From positions 4,973-68,972 of the IMG/VR virus record IMGVR_UViG_2915212873_000001: a stretch of 64,000 nt of DNA. One strand, given 5' to 3'. Each line of letters begins with the position of its first letter. The first letter of the stretch is position 1. The position numbers and the translations under genes are program-made. The stretch is from a virus. Under the pieces are notes generated by a model, which worked only from the letters and a program-made list of their open reading frames with translations, was not told the DNA's origin and ran no database searches. Positions 45,266 through 55,383 of this stretch are shown here, piece after piece.

Positions 45266-45424
45266 ATGAAGCTCGTTGTTATCACCCAGTTCGCCGACTA
45301 CCAAATCGGCGACGAAATCACCGAACAGGCGAAGATCGATGCGATTCTGGAGAGCGACCAGGCGCACTTCGTGGTGAAGGTCGCCGTATCTGCGCCGGCG
45401 GCGAAATCGAAGGCCGCCGACTAA
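45266..45424 (+). CDS. Small tail-module protein (52 aa)
   Basis: GAGGA RBS; MKLVVITQFADYQIGDEIT. Confidence 0.55.
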   Translation: MKLVVITQFADYQIGDEITEQAKIDAILESDQAHFVVKVAVSAPAAKSKAAD

Positions 45425-45500
45425 TTCCCGCGCTGCACGCCGCAGCCTCCAGCTCAAACCAGACCGCGCCACGTGCGCGGTTTTTTATTAGGGGTACAGA

Positions 45501-47057
45501 ATGACCATTTACCAACAAGGGCAGATCAACGCCACCGCGCAGGTGGTGCCGGACCTGTTCGTCCAGGTGATCCCGCCGAGCCAAGCAACGCTGAACGGCG
45601 TGCCGTCGAACGTGCTGGGCATCTGCGGCACCGCCCAGTGGGGTCCGGTGGGTGCGGCGACGCCGATTTCCGCGATGTCGGACTACGCGCAGGCGCATGG
45701 CGCCATCCAGAATCGCAAGTACGACATGGGCACGGCCGTCGCCATCGCGGTCCAGCAGGGCGCGAACAACATGCGCTGCACCCGGGTGACCGATGGCACC
45801 GACGTGGCCGCCACCGCCACCGTGCAGACCACTGGCCTGACGCTGACCGCGAAATATACCGGCACGCTGGGCAACCAGATCCAGGCGACCATCGCCAACG
45901 GCAGCGCGGCCAACTCGTTCAAGCTGACCCTCGCACTGCCGGGATTCACGCCGGAGGTGTTCGACAACATCACCGGTACCGGAAACGCCTTCTGGGTCAA
46001 TGCCGCCGCCGCGATCAACAACGGCAACTCCGACCTGCGCGGCAAGTCGGACCTGGTGGTCGCCGCCGCCGGCGCGCTGACCGCTGCGCCAGTCGCTGGC
46101 TCCGTGACGCTGACCGGCGGCACCGATGGCGCCGCTACCATCACCGGCACCGTGCTGATCGGCACCGACGGTGTGTCCCGTAAAGGCATGTACGCCTGGC
46201 GCGGCGCCGGCATCTCGGTCGGCATGCTGGCCGACTGCGATGATTCGACCACCTGGGCGACGCAAGCAGCCTTTGGCCTGGCCGAGGGCGTCTACATGGT
46301 CGCGACCGGCCCGGCCGGCGACTCGGTCGGCGACGGCGTCACCACCGGCGCCGCATACGTCAAGAAGAATCTGGGCATCGACTCCTACGCGCTGAAGCTG
46401 CTGTTTGGCGACTGGATTTACTGGGCCGATTCGGTGAACTCGGTCACGCGCCTGGTGTCGCCGCAGGCGTTCAGCGCCGGCCTGCTGGCCAATATCAACC
46501 CGGCCAGCTCCGGCCTGAACAAACAGGTGCAGAGCGTCGTCGGCACCCAGCGCAGCGCTGCCAACAAGAAGTACTCGCAGGCAGAACTGACCATCCTCGG
46601 CCAGGCCGGGCTGGACCTGATCTGCAACCCGGTACCGGGCGGCGCCTACTTCGGTATGCGCTTTGGCCGTAACACGTCGAGCAGCCAGTCGATCCGGGGC
46701 GACAACTACACCCGCATGACCAACTACCTCGCCGCCAGCCTGAACTCTGGCATGGGGCAGTACGTCGGCCAACTGCAGTCGCAAAGCGCGCAAGACACGC
46801 TGCGACCACAGGTGAAGGCGACGCTCGACAACTTCCTGCTGGGCATGAAGCAGACCACTGCTGCGAGCTCGAACGGCATGATCGACGACTACAACACGAA
46901 GTGCGACCTGGGCAATAACCCAGCGACGCGCATCGCGGCCGGCTACTTGCAGGCCGACGTCAGCGTCCGCTATCTGTCGGTCGTCGAGAACTTCATCATC
47001 AACCTGCAGGGCGGTCAGAATGTCGACATCGTCCGCACCAACACCACCGCACAATAA
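45501..47057 (+). CDS. Tail sheath protein
   Basis: VPDLFVQVIPP, GTAQWGPVG, LTGGTDG, NPATRIAAGYLQADV. Confidence 0.9.
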   Translation: MTIYQQGQINATAQVVPDLFVQVIPPSQATLNGVPSNVLGICGTAQWGPVGAATPISAMSDYAQAHGAIQNRKYDMGTAVAIAVQQGANNMRCTRVTDGTDVAATATVQTTGLTLTAKYTGTLGNQIQATIANGSAANSFKLTLALPGFTPEVFDNITGTGNAFWVNAAAAINNGNSDLRGKSDLVVAAAGALTAAPVAGSVTLTGGTDGAATITGTVLIGTDGVSRKGMYAWRGAGISVGMLADCDDSTTWATQAAFGLAEGVYMVATGPAGDSVGDGVTTGAAYVKKNLGIDSYALKLLFGDWIYWADSVNSVTRLVSPQAFSAGLLANINPASSGLNKQVQSVVGTQRSAANKKYSQAELTILGQAGLDLICNPVPGGAYFGMRFGRNTSSSQSIRGDNYTRMTNYLAASLNSGMGQYVGQLQSQSAQDTLRPQVKATLDNFLLGMKQTTAASSNGMIDDYNTKCDLGNNPATRIAAGYLQADVSVRYLSVVENFIINLQGGQNVDIVRTNTTAQ

Positions 47058-47066
47058 GGAGCGCTC

Positions 47067-47501
47067 ATGAGCACAGGCGGACAATCCCTCGGCAAGGACG
47101 TCAGCGTCGTCATCGTGACCGCGTCCGGCACCTTGAACATCCCGGCGGCGGCCATTACCAAGTTCGATTCCAAGCCGGTCACCGGCGACGAGAAGCGCAT
47201 CGGCCTTGATGGCCAGGTGCGCAACAACGTCACCCATGAAGGCTGGAACGGCTCGTTTGAGGTGGACCGTTTCAATTCGGTGCTGGACGACTTCTGGGCG
47301 GCGGCCGAGGCGGCATATTACGCCGGCACCGCGCTCCCTTGGGGCACGATTCAGGAAACCATCACGAATCCTGATCTGTCGGTGTCGCAGTACACCTACA
47401 CCCAGGTAGTGCTGAAGCTGACTGACATCGGCAGCCGCGAGGGCAACAAGACCATCAAGCAGAAGCTGGACTTCGTGGCATCGCGCCGCATCGCCAGCTA
47501 A
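47067..47501 (+). CDS. Tail tube protein
   Basis: 144 aa directly after the sheath; GWNGSFEVDR. Confidence 0.8.
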   Translation: MSTGGQSLGKDVSVVIVTASGTLNIPAAAITKFDSKPVTGDEKRIGLDGQVRNNVTHEGWNGSFEVDRFNSVLDDFWAAAEAAYYAGTALPWGTIQETITNPDLSVSQYTYTQVVLKLTDIGSREGNKTIKQKLDFVASRRIAS

Positions 47502-47548
47502 ACCCGGTCAGGACGGCTCCGGCCGCCTGCCAACAATAGGAACGCACC

Positions 47549-47923
47549 ATGGCAAACGCATCAAAAGTCCGCGTCAACACTGACGTCGCTGCTACCGCAG
47601 CAATTACCAAATCCGCAGAGGTGGCAACGATCCCGGCCGGTGACATCACCATCACCCTCAAGAAACCGGGTGTGCTGGCCCAGTACCGAATCGTCGAAAT
47701 CGTTGGTGGCGACGCCGCCAAAAATCAGACGTATATGGGAATGGTGCTACCGCTGCTCTGGATTATTGCAATCAATGAGACGCCAACCCCGCCGATCTCC
47801 ACGAAACGGGAGTTGGAGGCGCTGATCACGCGCCTGGGCGAAGTGGGCACGGATGCCGTTATGGGCCACGTGTACGGCAATCCGGCAGAGGCCGAGCTGT
47901 CGGAGGAGGCGGTAAAAAACTAG
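47549..47923 (+). CDS. Tail assembly chaperone (G), with predicted -1 frameshift extension to 48093 (GT)
   Basis: A AAA AAC slippery heptamer at 47914-47920 just before TAG; -1 frame is open for 57 codons. Confidence 0.8.
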   Translation: MANASKVRVNTDVAATAAITKSAEVATIPAGDITITLKKPGVLAQYRIVEIVGGDAAKNQTYMGMVLPLLWIIAINETPTPPISTKRELEALITRLGEVGTDAVMGHVYGNPAEAELSEEAVKN

Positions 47924-48089
47924 CCTGGGACGCCGAATTTCAAGAGGCTACATTCCTCGTTGAAAAGGGCGTCCCTATCGATGTCGCATTTAACATGCGA
48001 GACGAGATCCGGAAGGCGTGGGTGATCGTCGCTGGCGAGCGCGGCGGCGGCAAGTTCGATTACGACTCAATGAGCTGGGTAGATCCAAA

Positions 48090-48548
48090 ATGAGCGAATT
48101 TGACCTGGCGAGTTTCGCCAACCACCTGCTGGCCGTCGAGGTGGGGCTGATGAAGCGCGCGGAAACCGCGCTCGACAAGTCGGCAAAGGCAATCGCCGAC
48201 GCTGCGCGCGCCGAGATTGGCTACTACCAGCCGGCGGTTGGTCCTTACCCAGAATGGCCGCAGCTGACGCCAGCCACGCTGGACCAGCACGCTGCCGCCG
48301 GCGTCGGTGACACGCCGCTGCTGGTGCACGGCGAGCTGTACGCCAGTATCAGCCACGAAACCGCGAACGGCGAGGCAGTTGCCGGATCGACTTCGGAAAT
48401 CATGGTTTATCAAGAGTTCGGGACCGACAAGATCCCTCCGCGACCAGTGGTGGGGCCAGCTGAGTTTGCCACGCGAGAGAGGGTGTCGAAGATCATGCAT
48501 CGCGGATTGGCCGACGCCATCGCCGGCGGCAATGCATTGCTGGACTAG
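48090..48548 (+). CDS. HK97 gp10-like tail/neck protein
   Basis: YQEFGTDKIPPRPVVGPA. Confidence 0.75.
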   Translation: MSEFDLASFANHLLAVEVGLMKRAETALDKSAKAIADAARAEIGYYQPAVGPYPEWPQLTPATLDQHAAAGVGDTPLLVHGELYASISHETANGEAVAGSTSEIMVYQEFGTDKIPPRPVVGPAEFATRERVSKIMHRGLADAIAGGNALLD

Positions 48549-48790
48549 AAGATCGCCACGTAGGCGATATACAACATGACAATCAGCGCGGCGCCCGCAA
48601 CGACGATGGTGGCGAGGCTGAAAACAGCAAGACCGAGCCGAGTTAGCAGCGGCATTTGATATTTCCACTGCATGCCGTGATGCCGCCGCGTGCGGGCATC
48701 CGCTGGTCGCAGCCGAGGGTACTGGACGAAGCCAACGCGATCGGCCAGCCACTCTTGCATTTTGTCAATTCTATTCACGGAAATGCCCAA
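48545..48790 (-). CDS. Small antisense membrane protein (moron)
   Basis: C-terminal hydrophobic helix LGLAVFSLATIVVAGAALIVMLYIAYVAIF. Confidence 0.55.
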   Translation of the reverse strand: MGISVNRIDKMQEWLADRVGFVQYPRLRPADARTRRHHGMQWKYQMPLLTRLGLAVFSLATIVVAGAALIVMLYIAYVAIF

Positions 48791-50877
48791 TGAGCTTTGA
48801 AGCCTACAAGGTCGCAGTAAAGCTGACTCTTGTCAACCACGTCAGCGCCGGGCTAGTCAGCATTGCGGGCCAACTCCACACTGTGCACGGCGCCGCCGGC
48901 GGCGCACAGAACGCCCTGTCGGGCGTCGAGCGCCAAATGCTGGCGATCAAGCGCGCCGGTATGATTGGCGGCGCGATGGCTGGCCTTGGTTTCGGCATGC
49001 TCGCCATGATGAAGGCGCCACTGGAAGAGGCGGCAAAGTTCGACCAAGCCGTGGGCAAATTCAAACTGTTTGGCATGAGTGAACAGGTGAACGCCGAGGC
49101 GGTCAAGTTCGCACGTGGTATGAATGTCATCGGCTCGAGCTACACCGAGAACATGAAGCTGCTGACGGAGGCGCAAGGCGTATTCCGCGAGTCGGGCATT
49201 GCCGGACCGGCGGCGTTGGAGGGCTCCAAGCTCGCCGCGCCGATGTTGGCAAAAATTAACTTCGCTACCGAGAGTCTGGACGAGGAATCGAAGGCGAAAA
49301 TGCGCACGCAGAGCATGGCGATGCTGCGCTTCGTCGAGATGCGCGGCGGCCTAAAGGATGCGGACACGTTCAACCGCATCGCTGACTCGGGCTGGAAGGC
49401 CGTCCAGAGCTCTGGCGGCAACATCAACTGGGAGCAGATGCGTCAGTTCCTCGCGCGCGGCGGGGTAGCGGCGCAGGGGCTCACCGATACGGCACTGTTC
49501 GGCCACATGGAGCCGATTATCGGCGAGCTGAAAGGCAGCACGGCCGGCAATGCGTGGATGACGGCGTACAATCGCCTCGTCGGCGGTGTCAAAATCCCCA
49601 ACCAGGTCGCCCACTTGCTGGCTGATAACGGGATCTGGGACGCAAAACGCATCGAATGGAACTCGCAGGGTGGCATCAAGCGGTTCAACGGCAACCCGTT
49701 GAAGGATATGGAGACGTTCAGCACCGATCCAACGGTGTTCTACGAGAAACAGATCCTGCCGATGTACGCCAAGATGAACCATGGCGCCGGCCTGAATGCT
49801 GTTGAGCGTGCGCGAGAAAACACGCTGATCTTCGGCCGAACCGGCGGCATGATGTTCTCGCTGATTGATCGGCAAATGGAGACGCTGCGGCATTCGGCCG
49901 AGGCGCAAGCGAAAGCGCTGGGTGTCGACAAGTCCGTCGATGTCGCCAAGCAAACTGTGGCCGGTAAAGAGTTGGACCTGCGTACCCGCTGGACGAATGC
50001 AAAGCAGGATTTCGGTGACGCGGTGCTGCCGCTAGCCATCCGCGTACTGGACGGGCTGACGGGAGCGCTGAAGCGATTCAGTGAGTTCGCAAAGGAGCAC
50101 CCGGGTACCGTGCGTGCGCTGACTTATGCATTCGTAGGTTTGGCTGCCGCTCTGGCGTTTGGTGGTGTTGTCACGCTCGCCGCGACCGGCGTGCGTGGTC
50201 TCGGCTTGGCGTTGCGAGTACTTGGCGCAACCGATGGCGGCATGGCACTTGTTGCGCGCGGCGCGCGATATGCTGGTGTATTTTTGGGGCGCCTAGGCGC
50301 CATAGGTATGGCCTTCGGGGTCGGGTGGACGGTCGGGACACTGCTGTACGACGCCGCGATCAAAGGCACAAAGTTCAGCGATTGGCTCGGCGGCCTCATT
50401 GCCCGGGTACTCAGCTTCTTCGGAAACAAAGAAGCGAAAGAGGCCATCGAGGGCAACAAGTCGCCAGGGCAGCGCACTGCCGAGGCGTGGGCGAAACGCC
50501 AGCAGGACAGGGCTGATGCAGCCTACCAGGCTGGAATTCAGAAACCGATGCTCCAGTCGCTACGCGAAGCTGCAGGGCATCAGCCAAGCGCCGCGCTGGC
50601 CAATACTGCGCCGCGCTCCTATTCCCCTGTCTTGCCACCTGCCGCAAATGGTACGTCGCTGGTGGAAAGCGCGGTCCAGTCTTCGACTAAGTCGATGGTG
50701 CCGCCACCTCAAGCGCTGAAGGTCCAGGTGATATCGAATACGCACCTGAATGGCCGCATCATCGCGCAAGAGGTGTCGGAACAGCAGGCGCGGACTTTTG
50801 CGCGTCCGCCGACCGGCCCATCGGGCGCCGATACTTCGATGGCGCTCGCGCCAGTTTCCTACGCAGGGACTTTCTGA
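48790..50877 (+). CDS. Tape measure protein
   Basis: Long Ala/Gly-rich helical ORF after the chaperones, with hydrophobic segments. Confidence 0.85.
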   Translation: MSFEAYKVAVKLTLVNHVSAGLVSIAGQLHTVHGAAGGAQNALSGVERQMLAIKRAGMIGGAMAGLGFGMLAMMKAPLEEAAKFDQAVGKFKLFGMSEQVNAEAVKFARGMNVIGSSYTENMKLLTEAQGVFRESGIAGPAALEGSKLAAPMLAKINFATESLDEESKAKMRTQSMAMLRFVEMRGGLKDADTFNRIADSGWKAVQSSGGNINWEQMRQFLARGGVAAQGLTDTALFGHMEPIIGELKGSTAGNAWMTAYNRLVGGVKIPNQVAHLLADNGIWDAKRIEWNSQGGIKRFNGNPLKDMETFSTDPTVFYEKQILPMYAKMNHGAGLNAVERARENTLIFGRTGGMMFSLIDRQMETLRHSAEAQAKALGVDKSVDVAKQTVAGKELDLRTRWTNAKQDFGDAVLPLAIRVLDGLTGALKRFSEFAKEHPGTVRALTYAFVGLAAALAFGGVVTLAATGVRGLGLALRVLGATDGGMALVARGARYAGVFLGRLGAIGMAFGVGWTVGTLLYDAAIKGTKFSDWLGGLIARVLSFFGNKEAKEAIEGNKSPGQRTAEAWAKRQQDRADAAYQAGIQKPMLQSLREAAGHQPSAALANTAPRSYSPVLPPAANGTSLVESAVQSSTKSMVPPPQALKVQVISNTHLNGRIIAQEVSEQQARTFARPPTGPSGADTSMALAPVSYAGTF

Positions 50878-51839
50878 TGGCAGATACGACGCTGAAACTC
50901 GGGGATTTCACGTTCCAGAACTTCGAAATCCCCGCCAGTATCTCGCTCGGTGGCGAGCAGGTGCTGGTGATTCATCGGTTGCCGGGCGGCACCCGGGTCG
51001 TACAGTCGATGGGGCGCGACGATGCGCCGATAGGCTGGAGCGGTTCGATGTACAGCCAGGACGCCCTGGACCGCATGCGCCAGCTGGACCTGATGCGCAC
51101 GAAGGGCGAGCCGTTGAACCTGACGTTCATGGGGCTGAGCTACCTGGTGGTGATCAAGAGCTTCTTGCCGAGGGTCGAGCGGTCTTACCGGGTGCAGTAC
51201 ACCATCGAGGTCGTGGTGGTGGTCGATAAGACTCAGGCCCAGCAGCAGGCCGGCACCACCAGCATCGACAGCGCGATCCGGAGCGACACCTCGGCGGCGT
51301 CGACGCTGGGTGGGCTGATCGGTGATTCGTCACTGACCAGCTCGCTGGCGAGCCTGACCACGGCCGTCGCCGGTGTGAACAATTTCAAGGCAGCGACAGC
51401 GTCAATGCTCAACGTGGTGCGCAACCCAGCGACCAGCGCGGCAACGCGCGTGGCGCAGCTGCTGAACAGCGCAAACACGGTGGTCGACTCTGTCGCGGTG
51501 CTGGGCGGCGTGAGCGCTGGCGCCTCTGCTTCGGCGTCAGCTGCGGCGTTCAAGGCGCAGGCCGACGCCACCGGGCAGATGGCCAATCTGTACAGCGCGC
51601 AAGCGGCGCTCGGGCGGCTGACTGCGAATCTGAACCAGCTCAGCCCGTCGGGCAGTGGCCAGACAGTCACGACGGCCGGCGGCAATTTGTTCTCGCTCGC
51701 GCAGAAGGCATACGGCGACGCAACGAAGTGGATCAGCATCTCCCAGGCCAACAAGATCAGCGACCCGGTGCTGACCGGACTCACCACGGTCAGCATCCCA
51801 TCGAACCCTCCGGACAACGGCGGGCTGCCAAACACGTAG
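50877..51839 (+). CDS. Tail initiator/DNA circularisation-like protein with C-terminal LysM-like motif
   Basis: FEIPASISLGGEQ; GNLFSLAQKAYGDATKWISISQAN. Confidence 0.75.
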   Translation: MADTTLKLGDFTFQNFEIPASISLGGEQVLVIHRLPGGTRVVQSMGRDDAPIGWSGSMYSQDALDRMRQLDLMRTKGEPLNLTFMGLSYLVVIKSFLPRVERSYRVQYTIEVVVVVDKTQAQQQAGTTSIDSAIRSDTSAASTLGGLIGDSSLTSSLASLTTAVAGVNNFKAATASMLNVVRNPATSAATRVAQLLNSANTVVDSVAVLGGVSAGASASASAAAFKAQADATGQMANLYSAQAALGRLTANLNQLSPSGSGQTVTTAGGNLFSLAQKAYGDATKWISISQANKISDPVLTGLTTVSIPSNPPDNGGLPNT

Positions 51840-51845
51840 GTCCGC

Positions 51846-52967
51846 ATGATAAACAATCCGAATCGCGGCAGCGTGCCGCAGAGCCCGCGCGGGATGGTGC
51901 TGGCGAACGGCGTGCGCCTGTCCGGGCTGTTGTCGTTCAGCGTGACGAATAATAATTTCTTCCATGCGGACAGCTTCAGCTTCACTTTGTCGATGTCGGC
52001 TCAATCGGCGGCCACCAACTTCGACTGGTGGTCGCGGCAAGAGATGCTGGAGATCGAGCTGCTGGGCGGCTTCCCGCCGGACCCGGGTAATTTCGAGAAG
52101 GCGGACTTGACCAGCTTCCTCGTCGGCTACGTGGATGACCTGCAGTTCGATCCAGTTGCGGACCAGATGACCTTCACCGGCCGCGACTTGACGTCGAAAC
52201 TGATCGACACGAAGAACACGCTGTTCCAGAAGGCGATGCACCCGATGACGTCATCGACCATCGTTACGGCGATCGCGAAACAGGCCGGGTTGACACCCGT
52301 AGTTACAGCCACTTCAGGATCCTCCCCGGGCAGCACGTACTACCAGATCATCGATTCCCTTCTGAAGGCGCATTGCTCGTACTGGGACATCGTGACCAAG
52401 TTGGCGCAGGTGGAGGGCTATCAAGCGTACGTGTTGGGCCACGAGCTCCACTTCGAGCCACGAACTGCGGCAGATTCGGACCCTTATGTGATCCAGTGGA
52501 CGGCGCCAAGCTCCGGCGGCGCGCCATCGCTGAATGTGATCGACCTGACTTTCCAGCGTAACCTGTCGGTGGCGAAGGACTTGAAGGTCGTGGTGATGTC
52601 CTACAACCCGAAGAAGAATAAGACCTTCACCGCCACCGCAACGCGCGCGCGCGCCGGCAGCGGCAAGGCGACGCCGTTTGGTGAGGAGCAGGTCTACACC
52701 TTCGCCGTCGCCAACAAGACGCAGGCGCAGGTGCAGGAAATCGCGAACGCCAAGCTGCTCGAACTGAGCCGGCACGAGATGAACATGAGCGCCAGGATGC
52801 CGGCCGACGTGGTGCTGACGCCGCGCCACCTGATTCAGGTTACCGGTACCGGCAGTGCCTTCGATCAAAACTATTTCGCCTCCACGGTCACCCGGAACTA
52901 TTCGCTGGCCGAGGGCTTCACGATGACCGTGCAGGGCAAAAACCAGACGCCAAACAATCCGACATGA
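51846..52967 (+). CDS. Baseplate hub (gpD/Mu gp44-like)
   Basis: GYVDDL...FTGRDLTSKLID. Confidence 0.8.
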   Translation: MINNPNRGSVPQSPRGMVLANGVRLSGLLSFSVTNNNFFHADSFSFTLSMSAQSAATNFDWWSRQEMLEIELLGGFPPDPGNFEKADLTSFLVGYVDDLQFDPVADQMTFTGRDLTSKLIDTKNTLFQKAMHPMTSSTIVTAIAKQAGLTPVVTATSGSSPGSTYYQIIDSLLKAHCSYWDIVTKLAQVEGYQAYVLGHELHFEPRTAADSDPYVIQWTAPSSGGAPSLNVIDLTFQRNLSVAKDLKVVVMSYNPKKNKTFTATATRARAGSGKATPFGEEQVYTFAVANKTQAQVQEIANAKLLELSRHEMNMSARMPADVVLTPRHLIQVTGTGSAFDQNYFASTVTRNYSLAEGFTMTVQGKNQTPNNPT

Positions 52968-53506
52968 TGCATCTGCAGAATCAATTCCGGATGGCAGCCG
53001 AACTGGCGGGCCAGGGCGGCGCTCGGCCGCGCTTCGGTACCGTAACCGGCTACGACGGCTTTAGCTGCGCCACCGTGCGACTGGAGCCGGAGGGCGTCGA
53101 CACCGGCTGGCTGCCGATCCAGGCGCTGCAGGTAGGCGCCGGCTGGGGCATCGTGGCTGCCCCCAGCATCGGGGACGTGGCCAAGATCGAGTTTCAAGAG
53201 GGTGACAGCAGCGCCGGCATGATCACCGGCTTCTTCAACCACGACGGCGCCAGGTCGCCAGAGGTGCCGGCCGGTGAGTTCTGGATCGTGCGCAAGGACG
53301 GTGGCTTCTTCAAGTTCCTCAACAACGGCAATGTCGTCATCAAGGCGGCGAACGTGCAGATCACCGTAGATGGACAAGTCGGCATCGATGGCAATGCGTC
53401 TGTCAGCGGGAACATGTCGGTCGGTAGCGGCGCAACCGGCTCTTTTACCACGCCAATGGGCGATACGGTGACCGTTCAGGACGGCATTGTCACCAACATT
53501 TTCTAG
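52964..53506 (+). CDS. Baseplate spike (gpV-like)
   Basis: DTGWLP...GWGIVAAPSIGD. Confidence 0.85.
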   Translation: MMHLQNQFRMAAELAGQGGARPRFGTVTGYDGFSCATVRLEPEGVDTGWLPIQALQVGAGWGIVAAPSIGDVAKIEFQEGDSSAGMITGFFNHDGARSPEVPAGEFWIVRKDGGFFKFLNNGNVVIKAANVQITVDGQVGIDGNASVSGNMSVGSGATGSFTTPMGDTVTVQDGIVTNIF

Positions 53507-53514
53507 GAGTAGTC

Positions 53515-53889
53515 ATGGTCCCACAAGGCTCCGCATTACTGAATCTCGACCACTTCACCAACCTGACCAAATCGATCAATGCCGTGGCAAGTTGCGATGA
53601 GCTCCGCGTGCTGGCTGCTGATGCGTTGGCATCTATTGCAGCGGTCGAGGCCGGCATCCAGGCTGAGCTCGCGGCTATCGCTCCGATCCTGGCGCTGCTC
53701 CAGCCACCCGGGGCCAATCTCGGTGCCATCGTCACCTGGCTGACGAACTACATTTCGCACGTGCTGACTCCGCTGGTGAAGCCGAACATCACCTTTGCGG
53801 CGCAACTGACACAAATCGCGGCGCAAATCGCGGAGTTGACGGCGGCTATCCAGTCCGCCTCTGTGCGTTTCCCGAACTGCTCGATTTAA
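53515..53889 (+). CDS. Hypothetical baseplate-region protein
   Basis: ORF in the module. Confidence 0.6.
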   Translation: MVPQGSALLNLDHFTNLTKSINAVASCDELRVLAADALASIAAVEAGIQAELAAIAPILALLQPPGANLGAIVTWLTNYISHVLTPLVKPNITFAAQLTQIAAQIAELTAAIQSASVRFPNCSI

Positions 53890-53892
53890 GCC

Positions 53893-54258
53893 ATGTCAGA
53901 TCTGAATCACTACATAGGCAACGACCTGACCGTATCGAACACCGGCGACCTGGACTTCGCGTCGGGCACGCTGGAGGGGCAGCAGCGGGTGCTGCGCCGG
54001 CTGCTGACCAACCCGACCGACTACATCTGGCATCCGGAGTACGGCGCGGCGGTGCCGGCCGAGGTTGGCGCCGATGGCGACCAGCTGCGCATTCAGGGCG
54101 TCATCCGGGCGCAAATCTTCAATGAGGCGGCAGTCTCCCAGACGCCGGACCCAGTGATCGCCGTTGCCGCGGTAAAGACCGGCGTGAGCGCGCAGATTCA
54201 ATATACGGACTCGACGACCGGCGAGCCGGCTTCAATCGCTTTCGACATCGACAGGTAG
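53893..54258 (+). CDS. Baseplate wedge protein (gp25/Mu gp46-like)
   Basis: QRVLRRLLTNP.DYIWHPEYGA. Confidence 0.8.
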   Translation: MSDLNHYIGNDLTVSNTGDLDFASGTLEGQQRVLRRLLTNPTDYIWHPEYGAAVPAEVGADGDQLRIQGVIRAQIFNEAAVSQTPDPVIAVAAVKTGVSAQIQYTDSTTGEPASIAFDIDR

Positions 54259-54261
54259 TCC

Positions 54262-55383
54262 ATGACAGCACTGAATACAAAAACGTTCGCCACCATGGTG
54301 AGCGACCAAGTCACGTCCATACAGTCCAAAGCGTCGCAGCTGATCAACTTCACGATCGGCTCGGTGCTGCGCGCGCTAGTGGAGACGAACGCGGCGCTGG
54401 GCCTGTGGTTGCAGAGCATGATCATCCAGGTGCTTGGCGTCACGCGCGCTTCGACGTCCAGCGATTCCGACCTCGACTCGTGGATGGCGGACTACGGCGT
54501 GACTCGCATCGCGGCCACGGCTGCCGTGGGTCAGGTGACATTCTCCCGGTTCACCCCGACGACGCAGGCGATTGTGCCGATTGGCTCCATCGTGCAGACG
54601 GCGGACGGCTCGCTGCAGTACGCCGTCACGGTCGACCTGTCGAATCCGTCCTATACGACCGCTGGCTATGTGATCGCGGCCGGTACCGCTAGCGTGACCG
54701 TCCCAGTTCAAGCGCTCGTCGCCGGCGCATCGGGGAACGCCGCCGCCAACCTGGTGACGGCGCTGGCGCAGACGATCCTGTACGTCGATACGGTCACCAA
54801 CGCGGCCGCGTTTTCCGGTGGCGCCGACGCCGAAAGCGACACGGCACTGCGGGCGCGCTTCGTCGCATACATCGCGTCCCTGTCCAAAGCGACCGTGACC
54901 GCCATCGGATATGCAATCGCGGCGGCCGAGCTGGGTGCCTACTACTCGATCGTGGAAAACAAGAAGTACGACGGCTCGGCTGATCTGGGCTACTTCTATA
55001 TCGTTGTGGATGACGGCTCCGGTTCGCCGCCGGCCGCGTTCATCACCACGGTAACGAATGCGGTCGACGCTGTCCGCCCCATCACCACGCGCTTCGGGAT
55101 CTACACGCCCAACGTGATCACCGCCGCAGTGGCGATGACCGTGACGGTGGCCAGCGGCTACGATGCGGCGGCGACCCGGGCGCTGGTGGTAACAGCGCTG
55201 CAAACCTACATCAACTCGCTGGCGCTGGGGCAGACGCTCCAATACACGCGCTTGGCGGCGATCGCCTACGGTGCGTCGGCCGGCGTGGCCAATGTCAGCG
55301 GCGTCACGCTGAATGCCGGCACCGCCGACCTGACCGCCACTGCGCAGCAGGTGATCAAGCATTCGACCGTGGTGGTGTCCTGA
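54262..55383 (+). CDS. Baseplate J-like protein
   Basis: GSVLRALVE, AATAAVGQVTF, GGADAESDTALRAR. Confidence 0.92.
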   Translation: MTALNTKTFATMVSDQVTSIQSKASQLINFTIGSVLRALVETNAALGLWLQSMIIQVLGVTRASTSSDSDLDSWMADYGVTRIAATAAVGQVTFSRFTPTTQAIVPIGSIVQTADGSLQYAVTVDLSNPSYTTAGYVIAAGTASVTVPVQALVAGASGNAAANLVTALAQTILYVDTVTNAAAFSGGADAESDTALRARFVAYIASLSKATVTAIGYAIAAAELGAYYSIVENKKYDGSADLGYFYIVVDDGSGSPPAAFITTVTNAVDAVRPITTRFGIYTPNVITAAVAMTVTVASGYDAAATRALVVTALQTYINSLALGQTLQYTRLAAIAYGASAGVANVSGVTLNAGTADLTATAQQVIKHSTVVVS

